Part shown: positions 1 through 9,524 of the stretch, piece after piece
Numbering within the stretch: position 1 is the stretch's first letter
Layout: every line of letters starts with the position of its first letter
From: a virus
Lineage: Duplodnaviria; Heunggongvirae; Uroviricota; Caudoviricetes
Virus record (IMG/VR): IMGVR_UViG_3300027744_000008
DNA: 64,000 nucleotides
Reading direction: 5' to 3' (one strand)
Made by a program: the position numbers and the translations under genes
Notes under the pieces: model-generated
Databases searched by the model: none
Told to the model about the DNA's origin: nothing
Seen by the model: only the letters and a program-made list of their open reading frames with translations

Positions 1-17
1 TTTCATTACATAACTCG

Positions 18-401
18 TTGTTACTGAACAATTTATACCCTACACCAAAAGCAGTAGTACATCTATGGACAGAGTACAGCAGAGTAATATCATATGACAC
101 ACACGGTCTAACACATCACGGATCATGGGATTTAGATAAAGATAATTATATGATTGAATGGGCCTTTGATGACATAAATCCTGCGACCTACGCATCATTT
201 TGTCAAATGACTAGTCATCAGATTTGGAAAGATAAAACAGTATACTACGAAGCAACACCGTTTCCAGCAACAGCAACACTATTTGACTGTGAGCATTTAA
301 TAAAAGTTGATCATGCAAGAGATCTTGTTCATAGTGGGATTGTATCAAAAAAAGCAATGGCGATGAAAATAGCAAAAAACATAATTAAGGAGTTTAAATA
401 A
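18..401 (+). CDS. hypothetical protein (start uncertain, at window edge)
   Basis: ORF whose stop overlaps the next start (TAATG); no recognisable motif. Confidence 0.5.
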   Translation: MLLNNLYPTPKAVVHLWTEYSRVISYDTHGLTHHGSWDLDKDNYMIEWAFDDINPATYASFCQMTSHQIWKDKTVYYEATPFPATATLFDCEHLIKVDHARDLVHSGIVSKKAMAMKIAKNIIKEFK

Positions 402-649
402 TGGACGTAGATCAGGCAGCAACGTTTTTAGCAGGTACAATTTTAACCGGTGCAGGATTTGCTATTACCGGAATTGTTATAGTATTTTTGAATAACTTAT
501 TTCACAAATACTGGAAACCTATTAAACTTTTTACACCAGAAAGTTGGCCGACCTCACATTCAAGATTTGCCACAGAAGAAGAACTACAAAAACTTAAAGA
601 CAGGGAACCTGTTATGGGAGAGCCAGTGCCCCATAAGGAACAAAAATGA
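401..649 (+). CDS. small membrane protein
   Basis: AAGGAG RBS upstream; one N-terminal hydrophobic helix. Confidence 0.6.
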   Translation: MDVDQAATFLAGTILTGAGFAITGIVIVFLNNLFHKYWKPIKLFTPESWPTSHSRFATEEELQKLKDREPVMGEPVPHKEQK

Positions 650-1560
650 AAAAACTATGGACTGAAGCATATAGACCTAAAACGATTGACGGGTATGTGT
701 TTAGAGATAATCATCAAAAAGAACAAGTGCAGAGCTGGATTGAACAAAAAACTATTCCGCATTTACTATTCAGCGGTAATGCCGGCATTGGTAAAACTAC
801 TCTAGCAAGAATACTACTTAATGAATTAAACATTAATGATTTAGATGTACTAGAAATTAATGCGTCACGTACAAACTCAGTTGAAGATGTTCGTGATAAG
901 ATTGTAAACTTTGTTCAGATGATTCCCTTTGGTGATTTCAAGGTAGTACTACTAGATGAGGCAGATTATTTGAGTCCTAACGCACAAGCCGCCTTACGTG
1001 GGGTTATGGAAGAGTATCATACGACTGCTAGATTTATTCTTACTTGCAATTATCCTAACCGCATTATTCCTGCACTACACAGTCGTTGCCAAGGATTCCA
1101 TATCGAACGGGTTGATCTTGCTGAATTTACTGCTCGCGTGGCTACTATTCTTATGGAGGAATCTGTAGAGTTCGATCTTGATACGCTAGATACGTTTGTC
1201 AAAGCAACCTATCCAGACCTACGCAAGTGTATTAACACAGTACAGATGAATTCAATGGATGGTAAATTACATACTCCAGAGAAAGGTGACACTGGGGATG
1301 CTGACTATAAGATTGAAATGGTCGAGCTATTTAAAAAAGGCAAGATTACAGAAGCACGTAAACTAGTATGTGCTCAAGCTCGGCCAGAAGAGATTGAAGA
1401 TATCTATCGTTGGTTGTATGACAATGTGGCTATCTTTGGGGATGACTCTAAACAAGAGGCCGCAGTCCTATGGATCAAGCAGGGGTTGGTAGATCATACC
1501 TTGGTCATTGATCCAGAGATCAACTTGGCGGCAACGTTGATTAGACTAGCACATCTATGA
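646..1560 (+). CDS. clamp loader AAA+ subunit (RFC small / T4 gp44-like)
   Basis: LWTEAYRP start motif, Walker A GNAGIGKT, Walker B LLDEAD, SRC motif. Confidence 0.93.
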   Translation: MKKLWTEAYRPKTIDGYVFRDNHQKEQVQSWIEQKTIPHLLFSGNAGIGKTTLARILLNELNINDLDVLEINASRTNSVEDVRDKIVNFVQMIPFGDFKVVLLDEADYLSPNAQAALRGVMEEYHTTARFILTCNYPNRIIPALHSRCQGFHIERVDLAEFTARVATILMEESVEFDLDTLDTFVKATYPDLRKCINTVQMNSMDGKLHTPEKGDTGDADYKIEMVELFKKGKITEARKLVCAQARPEEIEDIYRWLYDNVAIFGDDSKQEAAVLWIKQGLVDHTLVIDPEINLAATLIRLAHL

Positions 1561-2000
1561 AAGAAAAGTTTGTAAGTGCCTACATGGATGTGGCTGAACG
1601 CTTTGCTGAATTAAGTTCAGCACGTAGACTTCATGTTGGCGCTATTGTAGTCAAGGATGATCGCATCATTAGTATTGGCTACAACGGCATGCCTAGTGGA
1701 TGGGATAACAACTGTGAGTTTGAATACAAAAATCCGCAAACAAAGATTACAGAATTAATAACACGACCGGAGGTGCTTCATGCAGAAACGAATTGTATTG
1801 CTAAGTTGGCTAAATCTAACGAATCTGGTATGGGTGCTACTATGTTTATTACCCATGCTCCATGTTTGGACTGTGCCAAACTTATCTACCAAAGTGGTAT
1901 TAGCAGTGTTCTATATAGGAACAGTTATAGGGATACTAGTGGTGTCACGTTTCTTGAACGCTCAGGTGTCAAAGTTACGCAAATAGAAAAGGGCCCGTAG
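1557..2000 (+). CDS. dCMP deaminase
   Basis: IGYNG, HAE and PCxxC zinc motifs. Confidence 0.92.
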   Translation: MKEKFVSAYMDVAERFAELSSARRLHVGAIVVKDDRIISIGYNGMPSGWDNNCEFEYKNPQTKITELITRPEVLHAETNCIAKLAKSNESGMGATMFITHAPCLDCAKLIYQSGISSVLYRNSYRDTSGVTFLERSGVKVTQIEKGP

Positions 2001-2008
2001 GCCCTTTT
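1987..2008. terminator. bidirectional intrinsic terminator
   Basis: AAAAGGGCC-CGTA-GGCCCTTTT between convergent genes. Confidence 0.85.
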
Positions 2009-2014
2009 CACATC

Positions 2015-2731
2015 CTATTTGTCTCCATAAACCGCTAACACCTCCTTTACGGCATTATGGCGTTCGATGTCTTTATAGTCAAACTGTACTATATCTAAGT
2101 ACGTCAATGATTTTTTTGTAATTAAGTTGCAGAAATTAACTAAACCGTTATCGTTTAGTCTATCAGCTTGTGCCAAATCTCCTGTTACTACCATCTTAGA
2201 GCCCTCCCCAAGTCTAGTCAGTAGCATTTTCATTTGATTTACTGTGGCATTTTGCATTTCGTCTGCAATAATGTATGCGTTTTTAAATGTACGTCCACGC
2301 ATGTACGCTAAGGGACTTATTTCTATCACTCCTTCTTCTAACATTTTTGCGATGTCTTTAGTTTGATAGTACTCTCCTAGAACATCAAAAATAGGTCTTG
2401 TCCACGGAGCCATCTTTTCATTTAGCGTCCCTGGTAAAAATCCTAAATCTTCATCTACACTTACGGCGGGTCTTGTAACAATGATTTTGTCTACTTGTCC
2501 CTCTTGAAATAGTTTAATTCCAACTTGTACAGCCAGCATGGTTTTACCCGTGCCCGCAGGCCCGATAGCAAACACTATGCTTTTTTGTTCATCTTGGAGT
2601 TTTAGCAGATACTCTTGCTGGTTTCTATTTCGAGGTGTAAGAATCACCCTATGCTTCTTTTGAGGCATATAAGTGTTAAAATCAATCACGTTTACTTCTG
2701 ATGTAAAGCGTTTTTTCACTCTTTTTGTCAT
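2015..2731 (-). CDS. phoH: PhoH-family ATPase
   Basis: GPAGTGKT, LGFLPG, YMRGRTF, DEMQN and GDLAQAD motifs. Confidence 0.95.
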   Translation of the reverse strand: MTKRVKKRFTSEVNVIDFNTYMPQKKHRVILTPRNRNQQEYLLKLQDEQKSIVFAIGPAGTGKTMLAVQVGIKLFQEGQVDKIIVTRPAVSVDEDLGFLPGTLNEKMAPWTRPIFDVLGEYYQTKDIAKMLEEGVIEISPLAYMRGRTFKNAYIIADEMQNATVNQMKMLLTRLGEGSKMVVTGDLAQADRLNDNGLVNFCNLITKKSLTYLDIVQFDYKDIERHNAVKEVLAVYGDK

Positions 2732-2741
2732 TGTTAAATGT

Positions 2742-2806
2742 CTCCTACATTGGGGAATGTAGAACGACTGTAGCGACCGCCCCGATTACCACAGTGGTCC
2801 TACATT
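2742..2806 (-). promoter_or_regulatory. candidate two-state RNA switch in the phoH leader
   Basis: AATGTAGGA occurs twice, the second copy covering the SD, with one complementary TTCTACATT between them. Confidence 0.5.
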
Positions 2807-2808
2807 TT

Positions 2809-2814
2809 TATTTA
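2809..2814 (-). promoter_or_regulatory. putative late promoter TAAATA (phoH)
   Basis: T4-late-like core that recurs just upstream of many genes in the window. Confidence 0.5.
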
Positions 2815-2861
2815 ACAAATTGAGTAAAAATTAAACTGATAACATATCAAAAGGATCGGGC

Positions 2862-2867
2862 TAAATA
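2862..2867 (+). promoter_or_regulatory. putative late promoter TAAATA
   Basis: About 25 nt upstream of the ATG at 2891; divergent from phoH. Confidence 0.55.
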
Positions 2868-2890
2868 CATGATAAAACTGCGAGACAAAA

Positions 2891-3454
2891 ATGCATGACA
2901 TTTTAGACGTTATAAAAAACATACAAACTATTTACGAAAGCAATAGCACCTTGGCTATTCTTAAAGATTTTGAACGGGTGCTCGACGAAAGCAACCTATA
3001 CGTTTATGAAAACTGGCTAGACGGCGAAGTTGCCTACGGTCCTAAAGTAGATCGTCACTGGGTTACTACAGCTTTTATGTGGCCTCGAGATAAAATGCCC
3101 GATCCTATGGCAGCTAAAAGATTAACTGAACTGGGCTGCAAAGTTAAGTTTCAAAAGAGCCACCTTATTGAAGTTCGTAAAATTAGAAAAGAAAGTGACA
3201 TTCGTCCGGGCACAAAAAAAGGGCATCTCGATCATAAGCCTATCTGGATTGTAGAGATTGTCATGCCTAAAAAATTAGCATTTGATGTTTACAAGGGGTA
3301 TATGGATAAGATGCGTGAAGAAAAATATGGAAATAATCCCAAGGCTAAAGGCGGTGTGCCGGCAGCTGATGCTGCTGCTGCAATTCCGGCAATGCCGGCA
3401 GCAGGTGGTGTACCACAAACACCTGCTCCAATGGCTGGCGCACCAGCAGTATAA
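2891..3454 (+). CDS. hypothetical phage protein with Ala/Pro-rich tail
   Basis: Long ORF after a late promoter motif. Confidence 0.7.
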   Translation: MHDILDVIKNIQTIYESNSTLAILKDFERVLDESNLYVYENWLDGEVAYGPKVDRHWVTTAFMWPRDKMPDPMAAKRLTELGCKVKFQKSHLIEVRKIRKESDIRPGTKKGHLDHKPIWIVEIVMPKKLAFDVYKGYMDKMREEKYGNNPKAKGGVPAADAAAAIPAMPAAGGVPQTPAPMAGAPAV

Positions 3455-3463
3455 GGATCATAT

Positions 3464-4186
3464 ATGTCATTAAGAGCAAAAGATCTCGTAGACTTAGTTA
3501 AACCAATATTTGAAGTAGACTCGTATGCTTCAAAGATGGGGGCAGACAAGGATGTTGTTGTACTAAGTTTTACTGTAGATCAAAAAGAACCAGCGGATGA
3601 TCTTGTTGCATTTTGTGAAATGGGTTACAGTTTTGTACTTGATGCAGATGTTACTCCAGGCGAATTAGACGACGGTACTTACAAAGTGTTTGTAGAAATT
3701 CAAAGAAATAAACACATTGGGGAACAAGTTTGTGAATTGCTTGACGGCGTTAAAAAATTAACTGGTCACGATGATCTAAGGTTTAGATATTATAAAAGTT
3801 TTAAAAGTCTTTTAGCAGATCAAACAACTTTAGAAGATACAATTCCAGCAGATGCAAATTCATACGAAATGACCATACAAGAAAACGTTATGAATAATTT
3901 TACTAATTTTTTTAATAAAAGTTTTGTAGACGGTATTACATCGTTAACTGAAAACTCAATTAGATTTAAAAAGACTTATGCTGAGCCTTTATCAATGAGG
4001 GTTATAGATTTTGGTCGTCGAGAAGAAGTATATCAACGTATGCAGGGGCCCATAAGAATTAATTCCAGTGATATAAGTGAGTGTCTCTACCTTACGAAGT
4101 ATCTTGGAAATTATAACATAACAAAAATTGGTGATTCATTTATTTTTGAGAATCAAGGATACGCAGTAGCATTAGAAAGGATATAA
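3464..4186 (+). CDS. hypothetical phage protein
   Basis: AAGGA RBS; 240 aa ORF in operon. Confidence 0.7.
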   Translation: MSLRAKDLVDLVKPIFEVDSYASKMGADKDVVVLSFTVDQKEPADDLVAFCEMGYSFVLDADVTPGELDDGTYKVFVEIQRNKHIGEQVCELLDGVKKLTGHDDLRFRYYKSFKSLLADQTTLEDTIPADANSYEMTIQENVMNNFTNFFNKSFVDGITSLTENSIRFKKTYAEPLSMRVIDFGRREEVYQRMQGPIRINSSDISECLYLTKYLGNYNITKIGDSFIFENQGYAVALERI

Positions 4187-4187
4187 T

Positions 4188-4814
4188 ATGTCATTTACAT
4201 TTGATTTTACAGAAAACAAGTTAGAAGAAATTATAGGTAGAAATCCATATCTAGATCAGTGGTATGAAGCACTATGCCAAATACTACCAGACTATGATAT
4301 CAATACTCCAGAACGAGTTGCTGCCTTTGTTGCTCAATGCGCCCACGAAAGTGGCGGCTTCAGAGCAATCAAAGAAAACTTAAACTACAAAGCAGAGACT
4401 CTAAGAAAATTATTTTCTAAGTACTTTCCAACAGATGATCTTGCTAGACAGTATGAAAAACAACCAGCACGTATTGCAAACCGCATCTATGGCGGACGCA
4501 TGGGTAATGGTCCAGAAGAGTCAGGCGAAGGATTCCGCTACTGCGGTCGTGGGCTTATTCAGTTAACTGGAAAAAGCAATTATGAGCGTTACGCAGAAAG
4601 TCTACAAATTTCTGTAGAAGAAGCCAGTGAACATCTAACAACATTTGAAGGTTGTGTACAAAGTGCGGCTTGGTTCTGGGAAGCAAATAATCTTAATGTT
4701 GAAGCAGATGCAGGCGACATCAAGAAAATGACCAAGAAGATTAACGGTGGATACATTGGTCTTGAAGATCGTATCAAGCACTACGAACACGCATTACACG
4801 TATTTGGTGTTTAA
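4188..4814 (+). CDS. endolysin, glycoside hydrolase family 19
   Basis: AQCAHESGG, ENLNY, GRGLIQLTG and TKKINGG motifs; adjacent to spanins and holin. Confidence 0.92.
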   Translation: MSFTFDFTENKLEEIIGRNPYLDQWYEALCQILPDYDINTPERVAAFVAQCAHESGGFRAIKENLNYKAETLRKLFSKYFPTDDLARQYEKQPARIANRIYGGRMGNGPEESGEGFRYCGRGLIQLTGKSNYERYAESLQISVEEASEHLTTFEGCVQSAAWFWEANNLNVEADAGDIKKMTKKINGGYIGLEDRIKHYEHALHVFGV

Positions 4815-4817
4815 ACA

Positions 4818-5276
4818 ATGTGGCAAATAATGTGGATTCTTTCATTATTACCTGATTGGGTTTATCATCTTATCACCATTGCAGGTGTGCTAGGGGTGAT
4901 TGCAGCATGGGTTTTAAAATTTATTCCTTTTATCAGCACATATAGACTGCCTATTCAAGTGGGCAGCGTTATTGCCTTGTTGTTTGGAATATGGATGGAA
5001 GGCGGCATTGTTAACGAAGCTAAATGGCAGACACGAGTTAAAGAACTTGAAGAAAAAGTTGCAGTAGCAGAAACACAATCAAAAGAAGAAAATGTTAAGA
5101 TTGTAACCAAAGTTGTTACAAAAACACAGATTGTAAAAGTTCGCGGAAACGATATTGTAAAATATGTTGACAGAGAAATTGTAAAATACGATACAAAATT
5201 TGCCCCTGGTGGAATTTGCGAGATTCCTAAAGAGTTTATTAAAGCACACAACGATTCAGCAGAGGTACCAAAATGA
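4818..5276 (+). CDS. inner-membrane spanin (Rz-like)
   Basis: N-terminal TM segments then a coiled coil; lies between endolysin and a lipoprotein. Confidence 0.7.
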   Translation: MWQIMWILSLLPDWVYHLITIAGVLGVIAAWVLKFIPFISTYRLPIQVGSVIALLFGIWMEGGIVNEAKWQTRVKELEEKVAVAETQSKEENVKIVTKVVTKTQIVKVRGNDIVKYVDREIVKYDTKFAPGGICEIPKEFIKAHNDSAEVPK

Positions 5277-5560
5277 ATTTGCTTAAATTATTTGTATTAA
5301 CAATTTGTATTATACTTGCATTCTTAGCAACAGGATGTAGCACAGTAGTACCTGTAACTATGAAATTTCCCGAAGCACCAGGTAATATAGCATTAACAGC
5401 CTGTCCTCAACTGCAAAAACTACAAGAAGATGCTAAATTAAGCGATATTAGCAAGACTGTTTCTGTAAATTACACAACTTATTACGAATGTGCTGTAAAA
5501 ACAGACGCATGGATAGAATGGTATCAAAAACAAAAGCAGATATTTGAAAACGTAAAATAA
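5273..5560 (+). CDS. outer-membrane spanin lipoprotein (Rz1-like)
   Basis: Signal peptide with lipobox LATG-C; overlaps the i-spanin stop. Confidence 0.75.
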   Translation: MNLLKLFVLTICIILAFLATGCSTVVPVTMKFPEAPGNIALTACPQLQKLQEDAKLSDISKTVSVNYTTYYECAVKTDAWIEWYQKQKQIFENVK

Positions 5561-5570
5561 AGGAGCCGAT

Positions 5571-6056
5571 ATGACTGAAGAAGTTAAAACAGAAAAGAAA
5601 GACGAAGATTGGATGCAGAAGAAATGGCGTCCAGCTATGGGTTGGATGTACATGGGCATTTGTACATTAGACATGGGTATATTTCCAATTCTATGGAGTG
5701 TGCTACAAACAGTAACTCATATACCACTTACACAATGGCAACCGTTGACCTTACAGGGGGCGGGTTTGTTCCATGTGGCCATGGGCGCTGTTTTAGGTAT
5801 TGCGGCCTTTGGCCGTACACAGGAAAAATTAGCAGGGGCTGCACAAAATCCAGCACCAGCGCCAACAAGTTTTGCACCTCCCCCAAGTGCAGGCGGATTT
5901 GGTTCTCCTACACCTAGCGGCTTTAGTGTGCCGACTCAAAGTTTTGCGCCAGCAAGTTCACCTAGCTTCGGTGGAGGATTTGGAGGAGCAGCATCAATAC
6001 AGACAACAGCAAGCGGTAAAAAAATCGTTCCAGATGAACCGCAACCAATACTATAA
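5571..6056 (+). CDS. putative holin with low-complexity C-terminal tail
   Basis: WRPAMGW motif, TM helices and GIAAFGRTQEK; lysis-cassette context. Confidence 0.65.
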   Translation: MTEEVKTEKKDEDWMQKKWRPAMGWMYMGICTLDMGIFPILWSVLQTVTHIPLTQWQPLTLQGAGLFHVAMGAVLGIAAFGRTQEKLAGAAQNPAPAPTSFAPPPSAGGFGSPTPSGFSVPTQSFAPASSPSFGGGFGGAASIQTTASGKKIVPDEPQPIL

Positions 6057-6066
6057 AGGAAACAAA

Positions 6067-6276
6067 ATGAAAAAATTATTAGCATTATTAGCATTGACCC
6101 TAGCTTCTACTGCCTTTGCCGGTGGCGAAATGAAGGAAATCTGCAAAGACAAACTAGACAAAGCTGGAAAAGTTGTAAACGGCAAAGATGGTAAGCCTGT
6201 CCAAGTTTGCAAAAAAATCAAAGTACACAAAAAGGTAGAAGGCGATAAGGTTCCAGAACCAGCTAAAAAGAAATAA
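6067..6276 (+). CDS. small secreted Lys-rich protein
   Basis: AAGGA RBS; Sec signal MKKLLALLALTLASTAFA; two Cys; start corrected from the ORF track (5872). Confidence 0.7.
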   Translation: MKKLLALLALTLASTAFAGGEMKEICKDKLDKAGKVVNGKDGKPVQVCKKIKVHKKVEGDKVPEPAKKK

Positions 6277-6288
6277 TCTACCAGACTC

Positions 6289-6317
6289 TTGACATAGCAA
6301 GGCTGTGACAGTATAAT
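6289..6317 (+). promoter_or_regulatory. sigma70-type promoter (dnaJ)
   Basis: TTGACA-17 nt-TATAAT, exact consensus. Confidence 0.85.
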
Positions 6318-6339
6318 TACTGTTATACCTTGCTTTTTT
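6296..6339 (+). terminator. intrinsic terminator of the lysis cassette, overlapping the promoter
   Basis: AGCAAGG...CCTTGCT outer stem and TGTGACAGTA/TACTGTTATA inner stem with G-U pairs, followed by a T run. Confidence 0.65.
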
Positions 6340-6356
6340 AACGGTGGAAGAAAACT

Positions 6357-7199
6357 ATGGATTATTACGAAACACTGGGCGTTAAGAAGAACGCCTCACA
6401 AGATGAAATTAAAAAGGCCTATAGAAGTTTGGCTAACAAACACCATCCTGACAAAGGCGGCGACCAAAACAAATTTAAAGATATATCCGTGGCCTACGAT
6501 ACTCTGAGCGACACGCAACGACGGCAGGAGTATGATACAGGTGGCTCACAAGTTCATATGAATAGTGGGAACTTTAGCGATGTGTTTAATAATGCATTCC
6601 AATTTCACTTCGGTGGTCCCGGCGGTGCTGGTCAGCAGTTTGGTGATATATTTGGTCGTAGGCAGCAACGTAACCGAGATCTAAACATTCAATGTCAAGT
6701 TACTTTACTAGATTCATTTGTTGGAAAACAATTTGAAGCTAGTTACACCTTGCCCAGTGGGCAGAGTCAGACTGTGGTGATTGATATCCCAGCTGGTATT
6801 CAACATGGCGAGACTATACGTTATCAAGGATTGGGAGATAATAGCTATCCACAGCTACCAAGGGGAGATTTAAATGTTACTATTTTAGTCATGGAGGATC
6901 CTGCCTATACAAGACAAGGTAATGATCTGTTTACTAATATAAACATTACTCCAATCGAAGCTATGATTGGGTCTAAAAAGACTATTACATCAATAAACGG
7001 ACAAAAGTTAAACATCGATGTTCGAGCAGGTGTTAGTGATGGCACAGAATATGCCAGTAACGGATTGGGGTTTTCCAGCATTAGATCAAAACAACGAGGA
7101 AGATTAGTTGCTGTAATTAAAATTAAATCTGTTCCAGTTACCGATCCAGATATCATCAAACGATTGCAAAAAATCAATGATGAAATCAATGGCTCTTGA
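6357..7199 (+). CDS. dnaJ: DnaJ-class co-chaperone lacking the zinc finger (CbpA-like)
   Basis: J-domain with HPD motif, G/F-rich linker, C-terminal domain, no CxxCxGxG repeats. Confidence 0.9.
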   Translation: MDYYETLGVKKNASQDEIKKAYRSLANKHHPDKGGDQNKFKDISVAYDTLSDTQRRQEYDTGGSQVHMNSGNFSDVFNNAFQFHFGGPGGAGQQFGDIFGRRQQRNRDLNIQCQVTLLDSFVGKQFEASYTLPSGQSQTVVIDIPAGIQHGETIRYQGLGDNSYPQLPRGDLNVTILVMEDPAYTRQGNDLFTNINITPIEAMIGSKKTITSINGQKLNIDVRAGVSDGTEYASNGLGFSSIRSKQRGRLVAVIKIKSVPVTDPDIIKRLQKINDEINGS

Positions 7200-7223
7200 C
7201 AGTTGCAATAAAGACTGTATAAT
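7196..7223 (+). promoter_or_regulatory. sigma70-type promoter (clpA)
   Basis: TTGACA-16 nt-TATAAT. Confidence 0.75.
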
Positions 7224-7250
7224 TAGCAACAATAACTAAAAGGAATTTAG

Positions 7251-9524
7251 ATGGTAGAGCCCAGTGATGATCTGCAAATGGTTTTTGAAAAAGCCATTAC
7301 TGTAGCCAAACAACTACAACACGAATACTTAACAATTGAACATTTATTGTTTGCTATGTTATGTGAAGAAAGTTTTAGTAATTGTATTACAGGTTATGGT
7401 GCTGATCCAGATTATGTTAAAAAGAATTTAGAGCACTACCTTAAAAATAAGTGTGACGAGATTGTAGGTGAAAAAATCGATATCAAACCACGTAAAACTC
7501 AAACAGTTGAACGTGTATTAAATCGTGCATTTACACAGGTATTGTTTAATGGTCGTCAAAAAATTGAACCAACAGATGTGTTCATTGCTATGATGGCAGA
7601 AAAACGTAGTTGGAGTTATTATTACATACAGCAAGCTGATATTGATAAAGATAAATTTGCAGATTATATCAGCAATAATATCGAAGGTAATGAAGAAGAA
7701 GAACAAGTACCAGATAATCAATCAGATAAAGCTCTAAAAGCGTTCACTACTAATCTTAACGAATCAGTTAAAAAGAACAAGGTCGATCCAGTTATAGGTC
7801 GAATAGACGAGTTAGAAAATATTAGTCTAGCATTAGGTCGTCGAAATAAAAACAACGTTATCCTTGTTGGTGATCCAGGCGTTGGTAAAACTGCCATTGC
7901 CGAAGGTCTTGCTTTCAACATTGTCAAAGGTGCTGTTCCTGACTTCTTAAAAGATTACCAAGTATTCAATTTAGACATTAGTGCCATGCTAGCCGGTAGT
8001 AAATACCGAGGCGACTTTGAAGAACGTTTTAAACTTGTACTTAAAGGACTTGCCAAGAAAGGTAAGACTGTATTGTTTATTGACGAAGCACACATGATTA
8101 GTGGTGCTGGATCAGCAAGCAATTCAGCAAATGACTTATCTAACATGATGAAGCCTGCACTAAGCAAGGGTAACATTAAAGTCATTGCATCAACTACTTG
8201 GGAAGAATATCGAAAGCACTTTGAAAAGGATCGCGCATTGATGCGTCGATTCCAACGCATTACAGTTGATGAGCCTACTGTAGAAGTTACACTACAAATC
8301 CTTAAAGGTATTAAGAAGTACTATGAACAGTTTCATAATACTAAAATTAAAGACGATGCACTACAGGCTGCAATTAAATTGTCAGTAAAATATCAAACAG
8401 ATAAAAAACTACCAGACAAGGCTATTGATTTAATTGATTTAGCATGTAGTCGTTTCAATCTTAAACTTGCAGACGAGAGAGTAATTACTGAATACGAAAT
8501 TCAGTTTGAAATTGCTAAACTACTGCAAATGCCCGAAGAACAAATTAGAGAAGCTGAAGATGTAGGCTTGGTTAAACTTGAAGATCAATTATCAGGAGAA
8601 GTGTATGGACAAGGAAAAGCAATTACAGAAATCGTTGATAAAATTCTTGTTGCTAGGGCTGGACTTAAACCAGAAAATAAACCCGTCGGAAGTTTCGTAT
8701 TCATGGGGCCAACAGGCTGCGGTAAAACTGAAACAGCCAAAGCACTAAGTAAACATCTTGGAGTTAAACTTGTGCGTTTTGATATGAGTGAATATCAAGA
8801 AAAGCATAGTATCAGTAAATTAATTGGAAGTCCACCGGGGTACGTTGGCTTTGAAGAAAATTCTGGCTTATTAATTACACAGGTACAGGAAGCACCTAAT
8901 TGTGTCTTACTGTTTGATGAGATTGAAAAATCGCATCCAGATGTGAGTACAGTGTTGTTACAAATGATGGATAATGGATTTGTTACAGGATCTAATGGTA
9001 AGAGAGCAGACTGCCGTAATGTTATTTTAATTCTTACTACAAATCTTGGCGCACAAGAAGCCGAAAAGAATCAAATAGGTTTTGGCGCACAGGAAAAAGA
9101 CTACGATGACAAGGATCTTAAGAAATTCTTTACACCAGAGTTTCGTAATAGGCTTGATGCTATTATAACATTCAATAAACTTAACAAAGAAACAATGGTT
9201 AAGATTGTTGGTAAATTTGTCGACGAACTTAAAGAGCAAGTTAAAGAAAAGAGCATTCGTGTTAAGATCGATAATGCTGCAATTGAATGGTTAATTGAAA
9301 AAGGGTTTGATGCTAAGATGGGTGCAAGACCTCTTCAACGTGTCATTGACAAAGAAATTAAACGTCCGTTGGCTCGATTAATGTTGTTTGGCGAATTAAG
9401 AGCAGGTGGTGCGTTAACTATTACTGCTAAAGATAGTCAGCTTACTTTAGTTGCCAAACCCAAATCTATTAAAATCCCCCTACTAACTGTAGAAAAGATC
9501 AGTGATGAAGTGCAAGGAAACTAA
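7251..9524 (+). CDS. clpA: ClpA-like AAA+ unfoldase
   Basis: Clp N-domain; two Walker A motifs (GDPGVGKT, GPTGCGKT); IGF ClpP-docking loop; no long ClpB middle domain. Confidence 0.9.
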   Translation: MVEPSDDLQMVFEKAITVAKQLQHEYLTIEHLLFAMLCEESFSNCITGYGADPDYVKKNLEHYLKNKCDEIVGEKIDIKPRKTQTVERVLNRAFTQVLFNGRQKIEPTDVFIAMMAEKRSWSYYYIQQADIDKDKFADYISNNIEGNEEEEQVPDNQSDKALKAFTTNLNESVKKNKVDPVIGRIDELENISLALGRRNKNNVILVGDPGVGKTAIAEGLAFNIVKGAVPDFLKDYQVFNLDISAMLAGSKYRGDFEERFKLVLKGLAKKGKTVLFIDEAHMISGAGSASNSANDLSNMMKPALSKGNIKVIASTTWEEYRKHFEKDRALMRRFQRITVDEPTVEVTLQILKGIKKYYEQFHNTKIKDDALQAAIKLSVKYQTDKKLPDKAIDLIDLACSRFNLKLADERVITEYEIQFEIAKLLQMPEEQIREAEDVGLVKLEDQLSGEVYGQGKAITEIVDKILVARAGLKPENKPVGSFVFMGPTGCGKTETAKALSKHLGVKLVRFDMSEYQEKHSISKLIGSPPGYVGFEENSGLLITQVQEAPNCVLLFDEIEKSHPDVSTVLLQMMDNGFVTGSNGKRADCRNVILILTTNLGAQEAEKNQIGFGAQEKDYDDKDLKKFFTPEFRNRLDAIITFNKLNKETMVKIVGKFVDELKEQVKEKSIRVKIDNAAIEWLIEKGFDAKMGARPLQRVIDKEIKRPLARLMLFGELRAGGALTITAKDSQLTLVAKPKSIKIPLLTVEKISDEVQGN

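Noticed and set aside
646-1560. Archaeal or eukaryotic-virus origin suggested by the RFC-like clamp loader and PolB
   Set aside because: SD sequences, sigma70 promoters, spanins, endolysin and tail genes all indicate a bacteriophage.
5872-6066. N-terminal extensions in the ORF track (5872; also 12429, 17296, 22788, 23340, 34789, 36678, 45758)
   Set aside because: Downstream ATGs have better RBSs, signal or leader motifs, or avoid long overlaps, so starts were corrected.
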